The notes beneath the pieces are model-generated. The model was given only the letters and a program-made list of their open reading frames with translations, made no database searches and was not told the origin of the DNA. Source: Actinomycetales bacterium (GTDB lineage Bacteria > Actinomycetota > Actinomycetes > Actinomycetales > Angustibacteraceae). Taken from it: a stretch of 64,000 bases of DNA. Shown here one piece after another: positions 1 to 8,977 of this stretch (the stretch's first letter is position 1; every line of letters starts with the position of its first letter). A program made the position numbers and the translations under genes. The stretch covers positions 923-64,922 of the forward strand of contig DATFPQ010000268.1 of NCBI GenBank assembly GCA_035264765.1, written 5' to 3'.

Positions 1-833
1 GCGTCGACGTCGACCATCGTGCAGACGGTGTCGAGGTGCATGGTGGCCCGTTCCTGCGCGACCGGGACGGCGAGAACCGTGTGCGCCAGGCGCGCCTTGA
101 GCAGCCGGCGGGCGAGCCGCTCGACGCCGGCCGGCGTGGTGCGCTCACCCGTCCCGACCGCCACGACGCCCGGCGCCAGCAGCAGCACGTCTCCGCCCTC
201 GACGTGCTCGAGCTGCGGCTCGTAGGCGAGCGGGGTCCCGCGGAAGCGGGGGTGGTAGCGGTAGATGGTCTGGGTCAGCGAGGTCTCCCGGCGCCGAGCC
301 GGCATCGCCAGGCTGCTGACGACCACCTGGTCGCCGACCCAGGCGCTGGAGTCACGGGTGAACAGCAGGTTGGGCAGGGGGTCCACGACGAAGTCCTCGG
401 GCGCGGCGAGGGACGACACCACGCCCGGGCGGCGGGCCGGACGCCGGGCCGAGAGCTCGTCGTGCCGCAGGCCGGACACGAGCACCTGGGCCAGCTCGTG
501 GTGGTCGAGGTCGTCGAGGAACGCGCGTGCTCGCGTGGCCAGCCGGTGCCCGACGTACGGCCGGTCCAGGGCGGCGGTGCAGGCCTCGTCGCGGGCGTCG
601 GCGTCGGCCAGCGACTCGCGGAGCAGGTCGCCGAGGTAAAGCACCTCGACCCCGCGCTCGGTCAGGGCCGCGGCGAACGCGTCGTGCTCCTCCTGGGCCC
701 GGTCGACCCAGGGAATGCCGTCGAAGAGCAGCCGGTCGTTGTTGCGCGGGGTCAGCCGGCGCAGCTCCGGCCCCGGCCGGTGCAGCATCACGGTCCGCAG
801 CCGACCCACCTCGGAGTCGGCGCCCAGAGTCAT
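1..833 (-). CDS. arcA: Arginine deiminase, N-terminal ~277 aa; the gene continues past the left window edge
   Basis: Not in the ORF track because it has no in-window stop. My minus-strand translation from the ATG (complement of 833-831) reads [53 protein letters not shown]...[10 protein letters not shown]...EGGDVLLL...[17 protein letters not shown]. These are arginine deiminase hallmark blocks. The listed + ORF 36..902 is its antisense shadow. Confidence 0.85.
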   Translation of the reverse strand, partial: MTLGADSEVGRLRTVMLHRPGPELRRLTPRNNDRLLFDGIPWVDRAQEEHDAFAAALTERGVEVLYLGDLLRESLADADARDEACTAALDRPYVGHRLATRARAFLDDLDHHELAQVLVSGLRHDELSARRPARRPGVVSSLAAPEDFVVDPLPNLLFTRDSSAWVGDQVVVSSLAMPARRRETSLTQTIYRYHPRFRGTPLAYEPQLEHVEGGDVLLLAPGVVAVGTGERTTPAGVERLARRLLKARLAHTVLAVPVAQERATMHLDTVCTMVDVD

Positions 834-962
834 CCGGGGCACCCGCGGCGCCGTGGCCGGCGCGAGCGCGGTCGTCGGCGGTCTGTCATCCCCGCACCTT
901 AGCGGGGGGTCGGACCGGGGCGGCTCTTGTGCATCCCCATCCCCACGGGTAGGAACGCGGGT

Positions 963-1142
963 ATGACGGACCAGCCGAACGACCCCGCGGACGACGTGGC
1001 GAACGACGAGGACCTGCGCGAGCTCGTCCGCGAGCGGGTGGAGGACATGCCGGCGGAGACGGCGCTCGGGAACCGCGACCCCCAAGGCGGCGGCAAGGGC
1101 GACCCGAAGGACGTAGAGCCGGAGGGCAACGACCAGTTCTGA
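963..1142 (+). CDS. Small acidic hypothetical protein (59 aa)
   Basis: Internal ATG of ORF 927..1142 ([30 protein letters not shown]...). No recognisable family. GC3-rich codon usage fits coding. Confidence 0.4.
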   Translation: MTDQPNDPADDVANDEDLRELVRERVEDMPAETALGNRDPQGGGKGDPKDVEPEGNDQF

Positions 1143-1172
1143 GCACCGGCGGCCTCCATTAGGGTCGCCGCT

Positions 1173-1973
1173 GTGAGTCCTCCCCAGGAGCCGGAGCGCG
1201 GCGGACGCCAGGGCGTCCCCGAGCGCGGCCCGGTCGCCGTGCCGGCCACCGTCGCCGTCGTCATCCCGGCCAAGGACGAGGCCGCCCGTATCGGCGCCAC
1301 CGTCCAGGCGGCCGCCGCCATCCCCGCGGTCGACCTGGTCGTCGTCGTCGACGACGGCAGCCGGGACGACACCGCGCAGATCGCGCGCGCTGCAGGTGCC
1401 GACGTCACGCGGCACGAGCGCAACCGCGGCAAGGGCGCGGCCATGCAGACAGGCGCCGCCTACGTCGCCCGGCACGAGGGAGCGCTCGTCGGAGTGGACG
1501 GCGCACCGCCGCGGGCGCTGCTCTTCGTCGACGCCGACCTGGGCGAGTCGGCCGCCTCCACGGCGGCGCTCACCGAACCCGTGCTCGCCGGCGTGGCCGA
1601 CATGACCATCGCGGTCCTGCCGCCCCAGGAGCAGCCCGGCGGCGGCATGGGTTTCGTCGTGCGCCTCGCCCGTGGCGGGATCGAACAGGCGACCGGGTGG
1701 CGGCCGACGCAACCATTGTCGGGAATGCGCTGCCTCACCCGCGAGGCGTTCGACGCCGCGCTACCGTTGGCGGTGGGCTGGGGGGTCGAGGTCGGGCTGT
1801 CGATCGACCTGCTCCGGAAGGGGCTTCGCGTCGTCGAGGTCCCCTGCGAGCTGCATCACCGGGTCACCGGCCGCGACCTGCGGTCGCAGCTGCACCGGGC
1901 CGCGCAGTACCGCGACGTGCACCGGGCGCTGCTCGTGCGACGCCCGTGGACACGCCGCCTGCTGCGTCGATGA
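1173..1973 (+). CDS. Family 2 glycosyltransferase (GT-A fold)
   Basis: ORF track. [15 protein letters not shown]...[12 protein letters not shown]...[10 protein letters not shown] are typical GT2 motifs. GTG start; the true start may lie slightly downstream. Confidence 0.8.
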   Translation: MSPPQEPERGGRQGVPERGPVAVPATVAVVIPAKDEAARIGATVQAAAAIPAVDLVVVVDDGSRDDTAQIARAAGADVTRHERNRGKGAAMQTGAAYVARHEGALVGVDGAPPRALLFVDADLGESAASTAALTEPVLAGVADMTIAVLPPQEQPGGGMGFVVRLARGGIEQATGWRPTQPLSGMRCLTREAFDAALPLAVGWGVEVGLSIDLLRKGLRVVEVPCELHHRVTGRDLRSQLHRAAQYRDVHRALLVRRPWTRRLLRR

Positions 1974-3472
1974 GGCCGGGCGCGCATGCGCTCGCGCGCT
2001 GGGCGCTTGGCCTGGCGCTGCTGTCGGCCGTGCTGCTGCTCGGCACGGCCGCGCTCGGGCCCTCGGCCGCCGAGCCGCCGCTAGGCACCGATGCCGGCTG
2101 GCGGGCGGTCCTGCCGCCGTACTCCCTCGACGCCGCTCCGTCGTCCGGTCTCGTCTCGCTGCTGCTGAGCCTTGGCTACGTCATCGGCGGCTGCGCCGTC
2201 GCGCTCGGGCTGTGGACGGCGCGCCGGGGCGAGCGCGTGCCACGACGCGCCTGGTCCGTGGCAGCCGGCCTGGCGGTACTGGCCGTGCTGGTGCCGCCGC
2301 TGGGGTCGGCCGACCACGTCAACTACGCCGCCTACGGACGGATCGCGGTCGCTGGCGGCGACCCGTACGTCGAGGCTCCCGTGCACTGGGCGGGCGGCAC
2401 CGACCCCGTCACCTCGGCGGTCGAGGCCCCGTGGACCACGACGCCGAGCATCTACGGGCCGGTCGCCACGCTGGTGCAGGCGGTCACCAGCCTCGCCGGG
2501 GGCGACAGCCTGCGGACCACCGTCTGGGCGTGGCAGCTGGTCTGCCTGGCGGCGTGGCTCGCGGTCGGGGCAATGCTGCGGCGCCACGGTGCCGAGCCGT
2601 CCAGGGTGGCGTGGCTGTGGTCGCTGAACCCCGTGCTGGGTGGGGTGCTGCTGCTCGGCGCGCACGTCGACCTGCTGGCCGCGGCCCTCGCCCTCGGGGC
2701 GGTGCTGCTCTGTGTGCGCCGGCCGCTCGTCGCGGGCGCCCTGCTGGGTGCGGCGGTCGGGGTGAAGCTGACCTGCGTCCTGCTGGGGCCCGCGGTGCTC
2801 TGGGCGCTCTGGCAGCGACGCCTGCACGCGGCCGGCTCTCCCGCAGGGACGCCGGCTGAGCCGTGGTGGCGCCCGGCGGTGCGCGGGGTGGTCGGCGCCG
2901 CCCTGGTGCTCGTCCCGATGATGGTCTGGGCCGGGCCGCACGTGCTCGACCAGCTGCTGCGGGCCCGCCGGTTCGTCTCGCTCGCAACCCCGTGGCGACC
3001 GCTCGTCGACGCCCTCACCGGCCCCCTTCCGAACGACCTGGTGCGGGTCGGGGTCGGGCTGCTAACGCCGTTGGTCGTGCTGGCGGTCGCCGTGCTCCTG
3101 GCCCGGTTGCTGCCCCGGCCGGTGCCACCGGAACCGGTCGCGGAGGCCGCCCGAGCGAGCGTGGTGCTCGCCGGGGCGTACGTGCTCGCTGCGCCGTACT
3201 CGCTGCCCTGGTACGACGCCCTCGCCTGGGCGCCGCTGGCCCTCGTGGGCGCCAGCGCGGTCGACGTGCTGCTGCTGCTGCGGCTCAGCGCCTACGCGCT
3301 CGCGTACGTCCCGGGCCGGGTGCTAGGCATGACCGAGCGGGTCCAGACCCTGACCCTGGGCTTTCGGCGTGAGGTGGTCCCGTGGGTCGGGTGGGCCGTG
3401 CTCCTCGCCCTGATCCTCCTGGCTCGGGCCCGGCCACGGGCGGGGGCAGATGTGGCTCCGCGCGGTTCTTGA
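1970..3472 (+). CDS. Polytopic GT-C type glycosyl(mannosyl)transferase-like membrane protein (MptA/MptB-like)
   Basis: In-frame ATG at 1970 inside ORF 1697..3472, overlapping the GT2 stop (ATGA). Many TM helices. The loop motif SADHVNYAAYGRIAVAGGDPY resembles the S.D.Y.Y..GR....G.NPY loop of polyprenol-phosphate-mannose-dependent mannosyltransferases. Confidence 0.6.
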   Translation: MRPGAHALARWALGLALLSAVLLLGTAALGPSAAEPPLGTDAGWRAVLPPYSLDAAPSSGLVSLLLSLGYVIGGCAVALGLWTARRGERVPRRAWSVAAGLAVLAVLVPPLGSADHVNYAAYGRIAVAGGDPYVEAPVHWAGGTDPVTSAVEAPWTTTPSIYGPVATLVQAVTSLAGGDSLRTTVWAWQLVCLAAWLAVGAMLRRHGAEPSRVAWLWSLNPVLGGVLLLGAHVDLLAAALALGAVLLCVRRPLVAGALLGAAVGVKLTCVLLGPAVLWALWQRRLHAAGSPAGTPAEPWWRPAVRGVVGAALVLVPMMVWAGPHVLDQLLRARRFVSLATPWRPLVDALTGPLPNDLVRVGVGLLTPLVVLAVAVLLARLLPRPVPPEPVAEAARASVVLAGAYVLAAPYSLPWYDALAWAPLALVGASAVDVLLLLRLSAYALAYVPGRVLGMTERVQTLTLGFRREVVPWVGWAVLLALILLARARPRAGADVAPRGS

Positions 3473-3504
3473 CGCCCCGAGGCGACGGCGAGCCGGGATC
3501 GCGG

Positions 3505-4158
3505 TCAGGCACCCCTGGCCTCGTCCTCGTCCAGCAGCCCGATCGCCCCGGCCAGAAGCGCGGCCTCGGTGCGGCTGGTCACTCCCAGGCGGCGCAGCAG
3601 GGACGCCACCAGCCGCTTCGCGGTGCGCTCCGACACGTGCAGCTGCTCAGCAATCCCAAGGGTGGTGCGACCGGAGGCCACCAACCGCCACAGCTCGCGC
3701 TCGTCCGAGCTGAGGGACCGTTGCGCGCCGCAGCCGGGGTGGTCGCCGGCACGCAGCAGCGCCCGCAGGACCGCTGGCGGCAGCACGGTCCACCCGTCGA
3801 CGACCGCGAGCAGTGCGGTGATCAGCTCCTCGGGCTCGGTCGTCTTGTGCAGGTAGCCGCTCGCCCCCTTGCGCAGGGCCGCCACGCCGTCCTCTGCGTT
3901 GTCGGTCGGCGACATGGCCAGGATCGGCACGTCCGGCTCGGCCCGGCGGGTCGCGGCGATCGCCCGTAGCCCGCCGGGCTCGGTCAGGCCGAGGCTGATC
4001 AACGCGAGGTCCGGAGCCGCGCGCCGCACGACCGCGGCGGCCGCCGCCGCGTCGTCCGTGGTCGCCGCGACCTCGACCCGGCGGTCGCTCACTGCGGGTA
4101 GCAGCAGCGAGAGCCCGCGGGTGAACATCCGGCTCTCGTCGGCCACCACGATGCGCAT
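3505..4158 (-). CDS. NarL/LuxR-family response regulator, atypical receiver (phospho-acceptor Asp replaced by Ser), orphan
   Basis: ORF 3505..4191, start taken at MRIVVADES. C-terminal LuxR HTH (LSSDERELWRLVASGRTTLGIAEQLHVSERTAKRLVASLLRRLGV). The receiver segment PDLALISLGLTEPGG aligns with the canonical PDVVLMDLRMPGMDG. No histidine kinase is adjacent. Confidence 0.8.
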   Translation of the reverse strand: MRIVVADESRMFTRGLSLLLPAVSDRRVEVAATTDDAAAAAAVVRRAAPDLALISLGLTEPGGLRAIAATRRAEPDVPILAMSPTDNAEDGVAALRKGASGYLHKTTEPEELITALLAVVDGWTVLPPAVLRALLRAGDHPGCGAQRSLSSDERELWRLVASGRTTLGIAEQLHVSERTAKRLVASLLRRLGVTSRTEAALLAGAIGLLDEDEARGA

Positions 4159-4282
4159 GGGGGCCGCATTACCCCGACCGGGCCACTTCACGACCCCCAG
4201 AGGTCGAGCCTTGGCCCCAGGGGGTCACCTCCGGCGGGTAGCGAGCGGGCGTCCGCAGCAGCACTCGCAGAGGAGGAACACC

Positions 4283-5140
4283 ATGTTCTCGCACGTCCAC
4301 GAGCTGCAGTTCGAGGCCAAGCCGGACGGTCCCGACGCCGCCTTCGCCCGCCGCTTCCAGGAGGTTCTGGGCGGCAAGTGGGGCGAGATGACGGTCGCGA
4401 TGCAGTACCTGTACCAGGGCTGGAACTGCCGGCTGCCCGGCAAGTACAAGGACATGCTGCTCGACATCGGGACCGAGGAGCTGGCTCACGTCGAGATGAT
4501 CACCACGATGATCGCCCGGCTGCTGGACGCCGCGCCGCTCACCGAGGACGAGGCCAAGGGGGACTCGCTCAAGGCCAACTGGGCGCACCAGAACCCGCAG
4601 CACTACATCGAGAACGGCGGCGGTGGCTACCCGCGCGACAGCATGGGCAACCCCTGGATGGGCGCGTTCGTCACCGCGAGCGGCAACCTCTACGCCGACT
4701 TCTCGCTGAACGCGGTGGCCGAGATGCAGGGCCGGCTCCAGGTGGCCCGGCTGTTCCACATGACCGACGACCCCGGCGTCAAGCAGCTGATCCGGTTCCT
4801 GGTGACCCGCGACCACATGCACCAGCTGCAGTGGCTCAGCGCCTGCGAGGAGCTCAAGGCGGACGGACTGGAGGACCTGCCGGTGCCCGAGGCCTTCCCG
4901 CACGACGAGGAGCTCGACGAGTTCGCCCGGCTGTACGTGCACGCGTCGGATGGCGCGCAGGCGCTCGAGGGCCGGTGGGCCCAGGGCCCCCTGGTGGACG
5001 GCAGCTCCCCGGCGGTGGAAGCCACGCCACGCGCCCACGGTGACCGGCCCACGCTGCCGCCCGGCGACCCGCGCCTGTACGGCACCCCGCACGACGCGTC
5101 GTCGTCGCTGCTGCAGAAGGCGAAGGACCTGCTCCCGTGA
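4283..5140 (+). CDS. Manganese (non-heme, dimanganese) catalase
   Basis: ATG at 4283 is preceded by AGGAGGA (4271-4277). MFSHVHELQFEAKPDGPDAAFARRFQEVLGGKWGEMTVAMQYLYQGWNCR...GTEELAHVEMITTMIARLL is the characteristic Mn-catalase N-terminal four-helix region. Confidence 0.9.
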   Translation: MFSHVHELQFEAKPDGPDAAFARRFQEVLGGKWGEMTVAMQYLYQGWNCRLPGKYKDMLLDIGTEELAHVEMITTMIARLLDAAPLTEDEAKGDSLKANWAHQNPQHYIENGGGGYPRDSMGNPWMGAFVTASGNLYADFSLNAVAEMQGRLQVARLFHMTDDPGVKQLIRFLVTRDHMHQLQWLSACEELKADGLEDLPVPEAFPHDEELDEFARLYVHASDGAQALEGRWAQGPLVDGSSPAVEATPRAHGDRPTLPPGDPRLYGTPHDASSSLLQKAKDLLP

Positions 5141-5180
5141 CCTCGGGAGCGCCAGCCGGACCCTCGGTCAGGAGGAGAAG

Positions 5181-5414
5181 ATGATCTCGTCGGCGCTCTA
5201 CGTCCTGTACGCGCTCGCCGCCTCGGCGGCGCTCGTCCGGGGCACCACCACCGCGACGCTGGCCGGCGCCGCCGTCGCGGTGTACCTGCTGCTGCGGCTC
5301 GCCCGGTCGCTGCGGCAGTCCCTGGCGGGCCGGGCGACGGCGGTGGCCGCCCCGGCGACGGTCCCTGCGGGACCACTGCCCGTGACGGTCCCCCCGGGAC
5401 CAGGCCGGCCGTGA
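5181..5414 (+). CDS. Small two-TM membrane protein (77 aa) between the Mn catalase and mntH
   Basis: ATG at 5181 follows GGAGGAG. MISSALYVLYALAASAALV...AAVAVYLLLRLA. Its TGA overlaps the GTG of mntH (GTGA at 5411-5414). Confidence 0.45.
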   Translation: MISSALYVLYALAASAALVRGTTTATLAGAAVAVYLLLRLARSLRQSLAGRATAVAAPATVPAGPLPVTVPPGPGRP

Positions 5415-6676
5415 CCGAGCTGACCTGGACGGTCCCGAGCCTCCGGCCGCGCTGGCGGCCGGGGGCCCGGCGGCTGCTGCCGCTGGGGCCGGCGTTCGTG
5501 GCCGCCGTCGCGTACGTGGACCCCGGGAACGTCGCGACCAACGTGACGGCCGGCGCCCGGCACGGCTACCTGCTGTGCTGGGTCGTCGTCGGTGCCAGCG
5601 TCACCGCGATGCTGGTGCAGTACCTGTCCGCCAAGCTGGGCCTGGCGACCGGCCGGACCCTTCCGGACCACTGCCGGGAGCGCTGGTCGCGGCGGACGTC
5701 GACCGCGCTCTGGGTGCAGGCCGAGGGCGTGTCGATCGCCACCGAGCTGGCCGAGGTGCTCGGCGGCGCGATCGCGCTCCGCCTGCTGTTCGGCCTGGCG
5801 CTGCCCTGGGGCGCGCTCGCGACCGCGGCCGGCTCGATGGCGGTGCTGCTGCTGCAGCGCCGCACCCGGCAGGGGCGGTTCGAGGCGACCGTCACGGTGC
5901 TGCTGGCCACCTGCGCCGTGGGGTTCGTGGTCACCGCCTGGCGGGCCGGACCCGACCCGGCGGCGATCGCCGGCTCGATGGTGCCCAGGCTGCACGGAGG
6001 GGACAGCCTCCTACTGGCCGCCGGCATCCTGGGGGCGACGGTGATGCCGCACGCCGTCTACCTGCACTCGGCGCTGGTGTGCGACCGCTTCGACCTCGAC
6101 GGCCGGCCGACGACGGCCGCGGAGACTGCCCGCCGGCACCGGCTGCTGCGGTGCACCCGCACCGACATCGGCCTGGCGCTGTCGTTCGCCGCGGTGGTCA
6201 ACCTGTCACTGGTGGTTTTGGCGGCGGCGGCGCTGCCCGGCGCGGGCGCGGACACCATCGAGGGCGCGCAACGGGCCGTCGGCGCGGTCCTCGGCCCGGC
6301 GTCCGCGACCCTGTTCGCCCTGGCCCTGCTGGCGTCCGGGCTGGCGTCGTCCTCGGTCGGCGCCTACGCGGGTGCGGTGGTGATCGAGGGCTTCGCCGGA
6401 CGGCGGGTGCCGACCGTGCTGCGCCGCACGCTGACCCTGGCGCCGGCACTCGCGGTGATCGCCTCGGGTGTCGACCCGACGCAGGCCCTGGTGATCAGTC
6501 AGGTGGTGCTGTCGTTGGGGCTGCCGTTCGCGCTCTGGCCGCTGCTCACCATGACGCGCGACCGGGCTGTCATGGGGTCGTTCGTGAACCGCCGGGCGAC
6601 CACCGCTCTGGCCGCGGTGGCAGCCGGTGCCATCACCGCGCTGGGGGTGCTCCTGCTGACGCTCGGTCTCGGCTGA
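5411..6676 (+). CDS. mntH: NRAMP-family divalent metal (Mn2+/Fe2+) transporter
   Basis: ORF track. GPAFVAAVAYVDPGNVATNV...MLVQYLSAKLGLATG and GATVMPHAVYLHSAL are NRAMP signature segments. About 11 TM helices. Confidence 0.9.
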   Translation: MTELTWTVPSLRPRWRPGARRLLPLGPAFVAAVAYVDPGNVATNVTAGARHGYLLCWVVVGASVTAMLVQYLSAKLGLATGRTLPDHCRERWSRRTSTALWVQAEGVSIATELAEVLGGAIALRLLFGLALPWGALATAAGSMAVLLLQRRTRQGRFEATVTVLLATCAVGFVVTAWRAGPDPAAIAGSMVPRLHGGDSLLLAAGILGATVMPHAVYLHSALVCDRFDLDGRPTTAAETARRHRLLRCTRTDIGLALSFAAVVNLSLVVLAAAALPGAGADTIEGAQRAVGAVLGPASATLFALALLASGLASSSVGAYAGAVVIEGFAGRRVPTVLRRTLTLAPALAVIASGVDPTQALVISQVVLSLGLPFALWPLLTMTRDRAVMGSFVNRRATTALAAVAAGAITALGVLLLTLGLG

Positions 6677-8945
6677 CCGGGCGCTCGCGGTCCTCCTCGT
6701 CCTCCTCCTCCAAGGCGCGCATCGAGGTCGCCAGCACCAGCGGGATGGCGAGGGTGGCGCCGATCGCGGGGATGACCGTGCCGGAGTCGTTGACGGCGAA
6801 CCCGATGCCGAGCAGCAGCAGGAGGCAGACCAGCCCGTGCCGCAGCGTGGGACTGCGGTCGTACGCCTGCTGCAGGGCGCGCGCGCCCCAGGAGGACGGG
6901 CGCATGAGCACCAGCGCGACGAAGACCGCCGCGAAGGGGATGAGCAGCGACAGCGGGCTGCTGACCAGGATGGTGAGGTTCTGCTCGCCCTTGCGGGCGA
7001 TCACCTGCAGCGCCCCGCCGTCCAGGACTGTCTGCACGAACCGGCCGAGGTGGGTCTGACTCTCCGGCGGCCGCATCCAGTCGGCCACCGAGACGGCCGT
7101 GAGGACCACGACCGTGCCGACCGCGATCAGCAGCAAGCGTCGCCAGGACAGGCGCAGACCGAGGACGAACAGGGTGAGGACGGCAAAGGCCGGCACCATC
7201 GCGATCGGACCCCCGAAGTCGCTGCCCCATACGGGCGAGACGTCCAGCGCGGTGGCGACCACGCCGACGGCCGCGACCACCGCGGCAGCACGCCGTCGAG
7301 CGGACTGCTGGTCCTGCTTCCCCTCAGTCTGCAGCAGGGCGTCGGCCAGAGCAGTCGCCAGCAGCAGCGCCCCGGTGGCGAACAACGCGAAGGCAACGTT
7401 GGAGAAGCCGTAGAAGCGACCGGCCACCACCGGCTGAAGGCCCATCAGGCTCGAGGTCTGCAACCGGGACCCGGTGAGGATGTCGGCGGCCAGCACCGCC
7501 GACGTCAGGCCGGCCACCGCTCCGAGCGGGCCGAGGAAGCGCCGCCGCCACGGACCGAGCTGGGCCAGCGCGGACAGGACCGCGACGTATCCCGCGACGA
7601 CCAGGACCACCACGAGCAGCGGGGACGACGACCGCCACCAGGGCACCGAGTTGGCGAGGTACGTGGAAATCGGCACGGCGCCGAACACCAGGGCGAGACG
7701 GCGCACCCACGCCAGCACCCGGGTGCGCGCCGACCCCTCGGCCCACCGATGGCGCAGCGCGACGGCCGCCAGCCCGTAGAGCAGGATCTGCGCCAGGACC
7801 AGGCCGGTGAAGAACGGACCGACCAGGGGTCGCACCTGCTGCGCGGCCTGGTCCAGGTCGAGGACCTTCTCCAACCGGTCGTCCGCGGCACGTGGCGCAT
7901 CTCCCGCCGAGGCGGACAGGGTCCGCAGCGGCGAACCGACGAGGCCGGCCGGTGCGGGGACGTCCAGCAGCGTGAGCAGCGTGGGCGTGAGGTCGGTGCT
8001 CTGGACCAACGCCGTCTGGCGGGTCGAGGAGGTGCGCAGCCACCCGGGGCCGAAGCCGGGACCGCGCGCGGCGACCAGCTGCAGGTGCGGCGTCCGGCCG
8101 GAGTCGGCCAGGCTCGCGACGACGACTCGCGCACCGGCCGGGACCGCCGCGAGCACCCCTCCCACCGCGGCGTCCACCGCGGCGACCTGAGCCGCACGGT
8201 CGCCCGCCGTGACCGCGACGCCCTGCTCCCGGTCGCCCTTCGGCCGGTCCAACGGGTCGCGCACCGCGCCGACGTCCACGACGGTCAGCGGGCAGGTGGG
8301 GCCGGTCAGCTGGGAGCCCGCGGCCGCGAGGTCCGGGGCGTAGCGCCGCACCGACCCGTCGGGCCCGGCCAGGGCCACCGCGGCGCCCGGGCCGACAGCG
8401 AGCGCGCAGCGGCCGCCCGCGCCAAGCGTCCGCGCCAGCAGCCCGGGCTGCGCGTCGAACTTCTCCGCCTCCGCCGCACCGACGTACCGCGACCAGTCAC
8501 GGACCCTGGCCGGACCGACGGCACCGGCCTCCGCGCCGACCCCCGCCGTGTCGACGGGCGCTGTGTGGACGCCGACTGGCCGGCACATCTGGTTTCCGGC
8601 CTCGGCCGCGTCCGGGTCGCGGACGTCGCCGGCCCGGCGCCCCGCCGACACTGCGAGCCAGCCCTCGACCGGACAGGTCGCGGTGCGGACGCTGCGCACG
8701 GCGACGTTGGCCACGGCGCCCTCGCGCAGTAGCGCGGCCAGCGTGGGCGTGCGCCGGTCGTCGACGTCCGACCAGCGCACACCGCCGGTGCCCACCAGAA
8801 CCACGGGAGCAGGGTCGGTCGTGGCAGCGGCCGCGGACCCCCCGGGGAGGGCGAGGGCCGGCGCGGCCGAGAGCACCGTCGGCAGCGCGGCCGCCAAGAC
8901 CGCTGCCAGCACGAGGGCTCGGAGGGCACGGCGCGGCACCTGCAC
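6633..8945 (-). CDS. Large envelope protein: signal peptide, alkaline-phosphatase-superfamily-like domain, then a C-terminal polytopic membrane domain
   Basis: ORF track (770 aa). N-terminal signal peptide (LVLAAVLAAALPTVLSAAPALA). VVLVGTGGVRWSDVDDRRTPTL and STDLTPTLLTLLDVPAP resemble sulfatase/phosphotransferase core motifs. The last ~370 aa are strongly hydrophobic, with about 10 TM helices. Confidence 0.6.
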   Translation of the reverse strand: MQVPRRALRALVLAAVLAAALPTVLSAAPALALPGGSAAAATTDPAPVVLVGTGGVRWSDVDDRRTPTLAALLREGAVANVAVRSVRTATCPVEGWLAVSAGRRAGDVRDPDAAEAGNQMCRPVGVHTAPVDTAGVGAEAGAVGPARVRDWSRYVGAAEAEKFDAQPGLLARTLGAGGRCALAVGPGAAVALAGPDGSVRRYAPDLAAAGSQLTGPTCPLTVVDVGAVRDPLDRPKGDREQGVAVTAGDRAAQVAAVDAAVGGVLAAVPAGARVVVASLADSGRTPHLQLVAARGPGFGPGWLRTSSTRQTALVQSTDLTPTLLTLLDVPAPAGLVGSPLRTLSASAGDAPRAADDRLEKVLDLDQAAQQVRPLVGPFFTGLVLAQILLYGLAAVALRHRWAEGSARTRVLAWVRRLALVFGAVPISTYLANSVPWWRSSSPLLVVVLVVAGYVAVLSALAQLGPWRRRFLGPLGAVAGLTSAVLAADILTGSRLQTSSLMGLQPVVAGRFYGFSNVAFALFATGALLLATALADALLQTEGKQDQQSARRRAAAVVAAVGVVATALDVSPVWGSDFGGPIAMVPAFAVLTLFVLGLRLSWRRLLLIAVGTVVVLTAVSVADWMRPPESQTHLGRFVQTVLDGGALQVIARKGEQNLTILVSSPLSLLIPFAAVFVALVLMRPSSWGARALQQAYDRSPTLRHGLVCLLLLLGIGFAVNDSGTVIPAIGATLAIPLVLATSMRALEEEDEEDRERPVSRDRASAGAPPAR

Positions 8946-8977
8946 AGGCTACGGGTGCCCTCGGCCACACTGAGAAC

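Noticed and set aside
36-902. 288-aa plus-strand ORF at the window start
   Set aside because: It is antisense to arcA, whose translation shows unmistakable arginine deiminase blocks.
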